Shown here: in pieces, positions 14,150 through 20,000 of the stretch
How positions within the stretch are numbered: position 1 is the stretch's first letter
Layout of the letters: each line of letters opens with the position of its first letter
From: an uncultured virus (IMG/VR IMGVR_UViG_3300025021_000095)
Taxonomy: Duplodnaviria > Heunggongvirae > Uroviricota > Caudoviricetes
Virus record (IMG/VR): IMGVR_UViG_3300025021_000095
Reading direction: 5' to 3' (one strand)
DNA: 20,000 bases
Notes under the pieces: model-generated
The model's database searches: none
The model's input: the letters and a program-made list of their open reading frames with translations, nothing else
What the model was told of the DNA's origin: nothing
Translations under genes and position numbers: made by a program

Positions 14150-15426
14150 AGCCACTCCTGTTTCTGCGCGAGACTTGGCCCGAGGCCATAGCGGGGACGG
14201 TGAAACTTATGCCCCATCAGCGCCGCCGCTAGCTTCTCAGGCACCTCGACGGCCGTCAGCCGATCCTCGAAGGTGTGCCGCAGCGAATAGAGGGTCTGCC
14301 CCGTCGCCGGCAGCAGCTTCGCCTTCGCCAGGAACTTATTGACCGTCGCCGAGAGCGAGGCGGACTTGTCTCGGTAGCGCGGGAAGCCGCCGGGGAACGC
14401 CTGCATCGCCATCAACGCCACGCCCACGAGCGGCATGTCACGTTCGGACTGCTCCGTTTTCATGCGCCGGCCATCAGGTCTCACCCGGACGTGCGGCACC
14501 GTCGCAGTAAGGTCGATGGTCTCCTCGGTGAGGTTCACGGCCTCGGACAGCCGCAAGCCGGTCTCTGCGATGAGGTAGACGACGGCACGGGCCTCCGGGT
14601 TGAGAGCGGCGAGGGCGCCGGTAGCCAGGAGTTTGTCCTGAACGAAGGTGGGGTCGAAGGCGAGGCGCTGGCCCGTCGAGCCGCCATTGATCCGCAACTC
14701 GCCGAACACGGGTCCGAGGCCGATGCGATGCGACCGCTCAATGGCCTTGAACATCATATTCAGGTGGCCGAAGTCCTTGTTGGCGGTTTCGATCTCCACG
14801 GACCCGGTAAGCGCCCTGTCCTCCCACCATTGCCGGAAGTCGAGGGCATGGCCTCGGTTTACGGACGCTACCGGCATGTCGCCGATCACGCCAAGCAGGT
14901 TCGTGGCCGCCCGGAGCTTGGGATTGCGCCACTTCCGCTTCTGATCGGGCGACAGGTCCTTCAGCGACGCCTTGCTCAGCTTCTCGAACTCGCCGAACAG
15001 GCCGCTAAGCATGATCTGCGGCGGCGCGACGGTGCCGAGGGTCGCGCTTGCCGCAGCTTCGGTCTGAGCGACCGGCTGCTGCTTGGCCGCCAGCAGACGG
15101 TCCACGATCTGCGCGGCCGGCAGTCTGGCCACCTCCTCGGTCGAGAGGTAGTCGAAGCCGAGAGCGCGGGCACGGCGGCGGGCCGCGTCGTAGCGGACCC
15201 TGCCCTCCTCCGCTTGGCCGTCCAGAAGCGCGCGCCAGAAGCCTTCGGCGTCAGCGTTCATGCGTTCGGCAATGCGACGGGCCCGGATGCCGCGAGGATC
15301 GTCCGCGATCCTGATCTTGGTCGAGCCGCGAACGAATGTGCGCGTGTCGAGATGCCGAACGCTTTGAGGCACGCGGCGCAGGAAGTACCAGAACCCTTCG
15401 CGCTTCAGCAGGAAGTCGCTCGACAT
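14113..15426 (-). CDS. int: Tyrosine recombinase/integrase with N-terminal DUF6538-like arm-binding domain
   Basis: LLKREGFWYFLRRVP N-terminus; ETGLRLSEA, MKT, YSLRHTF, LMGH, PRYG catalytic motifs (second catalytic R position reads HTFED). Confidence 0.93.
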   Translation of the reverse strand: MSSDFLLKREGFWYFLRRVPQSVRHLDTRTFVRGSTKIRIADDPRGIRARRIAERMNADAEGFWRALLDGQAEEGRVRYDAARRRARALGFDYLSTEEVARLPAAQIVDRLLAAKQQPVAQTEAAASATLGTVAPPQIMLSGLFGEFEKLSKASLKDLSPDQKRKWRNPKLRAATNLLGVIGDMPVASVNRGHALDFRQWWEDRALTGSVEIETANKDFGHLNMMFKAIERSHRIGLGPVFGELRINGGSTGQRLAFDPTFVQDKLLATGALAALNPEARAVVYLIAETGLRLSEAVNLTEETIDLTATVPHVRVRPDGRRMKTEQSERDMPLVGVALMAMQAFPGGFPRYRDKSASLSATVNKFLAKAKLLPATGQTLYSLRHTFEDRLTAVEVPEKLAAALMGHKFHRPRYGLGPSLAQKQEWLQRIAFRPPSTV

Positions 15427-15432
15427 CGGCCC

Positions 15433-15468
15433 TCTGTAACCCGAACTGTCTCCCAATCTGTTACCCGA
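15433..15468. repeat. Three tandem 12-bp imperfect direct repeats, putative integrase arm-type sites
   Basis: TCTGTAACCCGA / ACTGTCTCCCAA / TCTGTTACCCGA between the int start and the tRNA 3' end. Confidence 0.75.
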
Positions 15469-15535
15469 TCCTAGACGGATCGCACAAGACGTGTTAGCGT
15501 TTCGTTGTCATTACAGGAGCTTAGGCCATGGTTAG

Positions 15536-15625
15536 TGGCGGAAGGGGTGGGATTCGAACCCACGGTGGAGTTGCCCCCACGGCGGTTTTCAAGACCGCTG
15601 CCTTAAACCACTCGGCCACCCTTCC
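15536..15625 (-). tRNA. tRNA-Ser (anticodon TGA), 90 nt, encoded CCA; prophage attachment site
   Basis: GGAAGGG/CCCTTCC acceptor stem, GCGGT-CTTGAAA-ACCGC anticodon arm, long variable arm, GGTTCGAATCC T-loop, GCCA end. Confidence 0.97.
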
Positions 15626-15676
15626 CAGGCCACGCCGCTGCGGCGGGCGCCAGATTTCCGCAGTGCGCGGGCGTCC

Positions 15677-15706
15677 TGTCTAGGGGCCGGCGCGCGTCAG
15701 CGTCAA
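15677..15706 (-). promoter_or_regulatory. Putative tRNA promoter
   Basis: TTGACG-N18-TAGACA on the minus strand, ~50 bp upstream of the tRNA. Confidence 0.5.
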
Positions 15707-15733
15707 CCGCGGCGCCGGCAGGGCCTCGGCTCC

Positions 15734-17929
15734 TCACAGGCCAGTCTTGCGGCCGACCCAGCGCAGGAGCGCGGTCGAGCGCCAGGACAGAGAGCGGCGC
15801 ATGCGCTCGCGGGAGTCCTGGGCGAGCCTCAGCGCCGTCCGGAGGTCCCGCTCGGTGCCCTCCGCCGCCGCCCGCGAGGCCGCCTGCGCGGCCGCCGCCT
15901 CCCGAAGATCCGCCTCGAGCGCGGCGATCCGTCCGGCGCGCGCCCTGCCCTCGGCTTCCGCAGCGGCGCGCCCGGACCGCGCGTCCTCGAGCGTCGCCCA
16001 CGTCCCGGCGAGGTCCGCCTCCCGCGCGGTCAGCATGCCTTCGAGGGCGGCGATCGCCGCGTCCCGCCGGCCGAGCTCGGCGCGCAGGCCGTCGCGGGCC
16101 CAGATCACCTCCTGGCCCAGCGCGTCGACGCTGCCGGAGACCGCCCGGAGCCGGTCGTAGCCGTCCGCATCAGTCGCCGTGCGGTAGGCGTGCTCGACGG
16201 CGGCGAACCGGTACTCCGTGCGCGGGTCGCGGGCGCAGAGCCGGGCGAGGCGGTCGGGCACCGGCGCATCCGGCCCTGCCCCTGCCTCGCCGTCCAGGGC
16301 GTCGCCGAAGGCCTCCTCGAAAGCCTCCGGGTCGAGGGCGGCGAAGCGCTCCAGGATCTTGGTGGTCTCGAAGGCGCTGCGCATGAAGGTGTCCCGGCGC
16401 GGCGCGCTCATGTTGGCGTTGCCGGCGCGGATGCGGAAGGCGGTGAGCTCCTCGGGCAGGACGTGGATGGTGCGGCCCGCCACCAGCATCCGCACCCACA
16501 TGTCGAGGTCCTGGAGGTTGGTGAGGCGCGGGTCGTAGGCGCCGACTTGGCCGTAGGCGTCCCGGCGGATCATCGCGGTCGGCGCGCACAGGCAGTTGCC
16601 GCGAAAGAAGAACTCGCGGAGCCAGGAGCGGCAGGAGAAGTCGGGAAAGTCGAGGGGGCGCAGGAAATCGTTGAAGGGCGCGGCCGCCGCGCCGTTCTCG
16701 TCGACGATCCGGGGCAGGCCGAACAGCAGCGAGACGCTCGCGTTCGCCTCCAGATACGCGACCTGCCGTTCGAGCCGGCCCGGCAGGGCGAAGTCGTCGG
16801 AGTTGAGGATCGCGAGGTAGCGTCCGCGCGCCCGACCGACCGTCGCGTTCATGGTCGCGGAGATGCCGAGGTTGCGCGCCTGCGCCTCGACCCGGATGCG
16901 CGGGTCCTCGAATCCCTGGACGATCTCGAGGGTGCCATCGCCGGAGGCGTCGTCGGTGACGACGATCTCGAAGTCCTGGAAGGACTGCGCGAGCACGCTC
17001 TCGACGCTCTGGCGCACGTAAGGGGCGTGGTCGTGCGCCTTGATCAGCACCGAGACCATCGGCTCGGCGAGCACCCGCGCGGGGACGGAGGGGGCGGGGC
17101 GCGCCTCGCCGACCCGGATCATGCTTGGCCGTCCCTCCCACCAGAGCGGGCGGACGGCTTCCGCCGCGGGGTCGAAGCCGGGGGCGGCGAGGTCGCGGGA
17201 TGTGGCCTCCATCTCGTCCCAGAAGGCGCGCAGGCGCTCGCGGCCCCAGAGGTAGTGCTGGCCGAACCCCTTCTCGACGTCGGTCGCCCCGAGGCGGCGG
17301 GCCTGCTCGGCCTCGCGGGCGGCGTTCCGCTCGAAGCCGAGATGCTTGTAGTGCCAGAGCATCACCTCGTCGCGGGCGGGCAGGCGCAGGTCGCCGACGG
17401 GCTCCGCTGCGTGTCGGCCCGGCCCGAAGCCGGTCTCCCGCAGGGCGCGGGGCCGGAACAGGCTGAGCTTGTTGAAGGCGATGCGCGGGCGCCCCCGCGT
17501 CACCCGCTCGACGAGGACGCCGGAATCGTCGGGCCTCTCCGGGGCGTTCATGTCGAAGCCCAGCGCCGGCACCAGGGTGACGCCGGCCTCTGCCTGCGCG
17601 GCGAGGTAGTCCTCCATCGGGCGCCCTCCCCCGAGATGAAGGTGTTCGTCGATCGCGGTCACGACGATCCAGTCGGCGCTGTCGCGGCTCTCCTTCCAGG
17701 CCTCGTCCTGCATCGCCTTGTGGGAGAGCACGAAGGAGGCCGCCTCGACCCGCTCGAAGCGGCGTAGCTCCACTCGCGGATGCGCGGCGAGGATGTCGAG
17801 GGAGCCGTCCGTCGAGCCGTCGTCGTAGACGACGTAGCGCTCGACGAAAGGGTCGTAGTGGCGGAAGAAGAAGCCGAGCATGTCGGCCTCGTCCCAGCAC
17901 ACCGTGTAGAGGTGGACGCGCGGCGTCAT
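15734..17929 (-). CDS. Two-domain family 2 glycosyltransferase with C-terminal coiled coil
   Basis: First GT2-like domain (YVVYDDGSTDGS); second GT2 domain (VSVLIKAHDHAPYV...VVTDDASGDGT...ILNSDD...QDLDMW); heptad-rich tail ending SLSWR. Confidence 0.9.
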   Translation of the reverse strand: MTPRVHLYTVCWDEADMLGFFFRHYDPFVERYVVYDDGSTDGSLDILAAHPRVELRRFERVEAASFVLSHKAMQDEAWKESRDSADWIVVTAIDEHLHLGGGRPMEDYLAAQAEAGVTLVPALGFDMNAPERPDDSGVLVERVTRGRPRIAFNKLSLFRPRALRETGFGPGRHAAEPVGDLRLPARDEVMLWHYKHLGFERNAAREAEQARRLGATDVEKGFGQHYLWGRERLRAFWDEMEATSRDLAAPGFDPAAEAVRPLWWEGRPSMIRVGEARPAPSVPARVLAEPMVSVLIKAHDHAPYVRQSVESVLAQSFQDFEIVVTDDASGDGTLEIVQGFEDPRIRVEAQARNLGISATMNATVGRARGRYLAILNSDDFALPGRLERQVAYLEANASVSLLFGLPRIVDENGAAAAPFNDFLRPLDFPDFSCRSWLREFFFRGNCLCAPTAMIRRDAYGQVGAYDPRLTNLQDLDMWVRMLVAGRTIHVLPEELTAFRIRAGNANMSAPRRDTFMRSAFETTKILERFAALDPEAFEEAFGDALDGEAGAGPDAPVPDRLARLCARDPRTEYRFAAVEHAYRTATDADGYDRLRAVSGSVDALGQEVIWARDGLRAELGRRDAAIAALEGMLTAREADLAGTWATLEDARSGRAAAEAEGRARAGRIAALEADLREAAAAQAASRAAAEGTERDLRTALRLAQDSRERMRRSLSWRSTALLRWVGRKTGL

Positions 17930-17939
17930 GCGTGCGGCG

Positions 17940-18596
17940 TCATGGAACGGGCAGCCCCTTGTAGCCGCCGATGCCCTCCCGCACGATCCGAGCGGGATTG
18001 CCGAGGACGAGGCAGCCGGCCGGCACGTCCCGCGTCACCACGGAGCCCGCGCCGACGACGGCGTTGGCGCCGATCGTGATCTCCGGCAGGACGATCGCGC
18101 CCGTCGCCACCACGCAGCCCCGGCCGAGGGTGACGTGCCCAGCGAGCACCACGCCGGGCCCGAGGGAGCAGAAGGCGTCGAGCCGAGCGTGGTGGCCGAT
18201 GCTGGCGCCCCGGTTGACGAAGACGAAGGCCCCGAGCCGGGCGCCGCCGCCGAGGGTGCAGCCGGCGTTGACGTAGGCGCCCTCCCCGGTCTCCAGGCTG
18301 CGCGGCGCCGGCACGCTCGGATCGATCAGGGTGAAGGGCCGGGTGAAGCCCGCCGCCGCGGCTTCCGTCGCCGCCGCGTGGCGTTGGGCGGGGGTGAACA
18401 GCGGCACTAGGAAGGGCAGCGCCCGCAAGCCCGGCCCTGCGGCGTCCGGCGCGAGGCCGCGGGCGGGTTCGGAGAGATGGCACGCGCCCGGCCGGTTGCG
18501 GATGCCCGCCGCGAGGGTCAGCCCCGCCCGGTGCAGGCTCTCCTCCACGTCGACGATGACCGGCGAGCCGGTGCCGTAGAGGACGATCCCGCTCAC
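17940..18596 (-). CDS. Hexapeptide-repeat sugar acetyltransferase (NeuD/PglD-like)
   Basis: IVLYGTG, TLIDPS, VNRGASIGHH, IGANAVVGAGSVVTRDVP...GNPAR; GTG start in GTGA overlap. Confidence 0.88.
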   Translation of the reverse strand: MSGIVLYGTGSPVIVDVEESLHRAGLTLAAGIRNRPGACHLSEPARGLAPDAAGPGLRALPFLVPLFTPAQRHAAATEAAAAGFTRPFTLIDPSVPAPRSLETGEGAYVNAGCTLGGGARLGAFVFVNRGASIGHHARLDAFCSLGPGVVLAGHVTLGRGCVVATGAIVLPEITIGANAVVGAGSVVTRDVPAGCLVLGNPARIVREGIGGYKGLPVP

Positions 18597-19681
18597 GACG
18601 CGAACCCGGCAAGCGCCCGCGCCACGGCTTCGGGGGCGCCGGCCGCCACCTCCGGCTGGATCGGCAGGCTGAGAAGGCTCGCCGAGAGCGCCTCGGTGAC
18701 GGGGAGCGGCCCGGCGGCGGCCTCCAGGAAGGCCGGGTGCCGGTGGAGGCCCGGCGCGTAATGCACCGCCGTACCGATGCCGGCGGCCGCGAGATGCGCG
18801 GCGAGCGCATCCCGGCGCGGATGGGTCACGGCGAACTGGTGGTAGACGCTCCCCTCGCCCTCCGGCGGCAGGCCGAGCCCATCGAGGTCGAGGCGCGCCC
18901 GGTAGTCGGCGGCGATGGCCCGGCGCTCGGCGTTGCCGTCGGCGAGATGGGGCAGGAGGGCCCCGAGGATCGCCGCCTGGAGGGCGTCGAGGCGGGAATT
19001 GAAGCCGATCCCGAGGCTGAGGCGCTCGGGCCCCGCGAAGCCGTAATAGCGCAGCGCCCGCAGGCGCGCGGCCAGCGCCGGATCGTCCGTCGTCACGGCG
19101 CCGCCGTCGCCGACCCCGCCGAGGTTCTTCGTCGGGTAGAACGAGGTCGCAGCCGCGTTCCCGAAGCTCCCGAGCGGGCGCCCGCCGAGGCTCGCCCCAT
19201 GCGACTGCGCGCAATCCTCGACGACGGCGAGGCCGTGGCGCCCGGCGAGCGCGGTGAGCGCCGGCATGTCCGCCGGGTGGCCGAACAGGTGGACGGGCAC
19301 GATCGCGGCGGTGCGGGGCGTGATCGCGGCCTCGGCCGCCGCCGGATCGATGCAGCGGCTCCGCGGATCGACGTCGACGAGCCGGGGCTGCGCGCCGCAA
19401 TGCAGAACCGCCTGTGCGGTGCCGGCGAAGGTCAGCGCCGGGACGATCACCTCGTCGCCCGGCCCGATCCCGAGGGCGCGCAGCGCCAGCGCGATGGCGT
19501 CCGTGCCCGAGGCGACGCCGACGCAATGGCCGGCGCCGCAGAACCGCGCGAAGGCGGCCTCGAAGCCCTCGACCGGCGCGCCGAGCACATACGCCTCGCC
19601 GCCGAGCACGGCGGCGACCGCCTCGTCCACCTGCCTCCGGAAGCGGGCGATGCGCCGGGCGGGCGCCGCCTGCGGGATCAT
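18593..19681 (-). CDS. DegT/DnrJ/EryC1/StrS PLP-dependent sugar aminotransferase (FdtB-like)
   Basis: GVASGTDA, PVHLFGHPADM, EDCAQSHGA, SFYPTKNLGGVGDGG, GFNSRLDALQA. Confidence 0.95.
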   Translation of the reverse strand: MIPQAAPARRIARFRRQVDEAVAAVLGGEAYVLGAPVEGFEAAFARFCGAGHCVGVASGTDAIALALRALGIGPGDEVIVPALTFAGTAQAVLHCGAQPRLVDVDPRSRCIDPAAAEAAITPRTAAIVPVHLFGHPADMPALTALAGRHGLAVVEDCAQSHGASLGGRPLGSFGNAAATSFYPTKNLGGVGDGGAVTTDDPALAARLRALRYYGFAGPERLSLGIGFNSRLDALQAAILGALLPHLADGNAERRAIAADYRARLDLDGLGLPPEGEGSVYHQFAVTHPRRDALAAHLAAAGIGTAVHYAPGLHRHPAFLEAAAGPLPVTEALSASLLSLPIQPEVAAGAPEAVARALAGFAS

Positions 19682-20000
19682 GCCGGGCAGGCCAGGGCCG
19701 CCGGATGGAGCTGCGGGAGGGTCGGCGACAGGGACGCCGCGGCGGGCGCGGGACCGGCGAGACGGGGCTGCGCCGCCTCGTAGTGGCGGGTGTCCTCGTA
19801 GCGGGCCGAGGCGCAGACGAGGAGCGTCGTGCCCCGCTCGAAGGCGCGCAGGTGGATGAGGATGCCGGGCTGCACCCAGAGGCCCCGGTCGTGCTCGGAA
19901 AGGAGCACGCTCGCCCGCTCGACGCCGTTGTCGACCTCGACGGTGACGGAGCCCGCGAGCGGCAGGATGAACTCGTCGCAGGAGTTGGCGTGGCCGCCGC
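19678..20000 (-). CDS. FdtA/QdtA-family cupin sugar 3,4-ketoisomerase, C-terminal part (5' end outside the window)
   Basis: Frame open to the edge: (R)GGHANSCDEFILPLAGSVTVEVDNG...GLWVQPG...LLVCASARYED. Confidence 0.8.
   Translation of the reverse strand, partial: GGHANSCDEFILPLAGSVTVEVDNGVERASVLLSEHDRGLWVQPGILIHLRAFERGTTLLVCASARYEDTRHYEAAQPRLAGPAPAAASLSPTLPQLHPAALACPA

Larger units (their letters stand above)
1..15535. mobile_element. Temperate prophage (right part; continues beyond left window edge), integrated at 3' end of tRNA-Ser
   Basis: Divergent cro/cI switch, RecET-like module, RuvC-like gene, dense small overlapping ORFs, and a tyrosine integrase ~110 bp from the tRNA CCA end. Confidence 0.93.

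Noticed and set aside
14275..15474. 399-aa plus-strand ORF opposite the integrase
   Set aside because: Antisense shadow of a high-GC gene; no recognisable motifs
16170..19783. Several long alternative-frame or antisense ORFs (576, 525, 348, 294 aa) and the 5' extension of the 528-aa ORF
   Set aside because: Arg/Pro/Gly-rich shadows caused by stop-codon scarcity at high GC; the real genes carry clear family motifs in other frames

Overview
Positions ~1-15535 are the early/immunity/recombination half and right end of a lambdoid-type temperate prophage, very probably in a high-GC alphaproteobacterium (Methylobacterium-like; inferred from gene content and the LexA-box type). It sits at the 3' end of a tRNA-Ser(TGA) gene (15536-15625, minus strand). 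The prophage part contains: a leftward early operon (cro, stand-alone TSCPD/NrdJ C-terminal-like protein, HTH proteins, GapR-like, RuvC-like); an S24-type CI repressor with five GGGGG-N6-CCCCC-type operators; a LexA-box-preceded Zn-ribbon gene antisense to cI; a rightward operon (orphan N6-adenine MTase, YqaJ exonuclease, RecT, ExoX-like exonuclease, ASCH-like protein, many small ORFs); and a convergent tyrosine integrase with three tandem 12-bp repeats upstream. Positions 15734-20000 are host surface-polysaccharide genes (double GT2 glycosyltransferase, acetyltransferase, DegT-family aminotransferase, partial FdtA/QdtA-like isomerase). The most notable items are the SOS-box-controlled Zn-ribbon gene, a ~91-nt three-way-junction RNA candidate at 2117-2207, the stand-alone RNR-fragment gene behind cro, a 22-bp duplication that frameshifts and fuses two genes, and a candidate non-canonical excisionase overlapping int. 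All family calls come from motif recognition by eye, not database searches.
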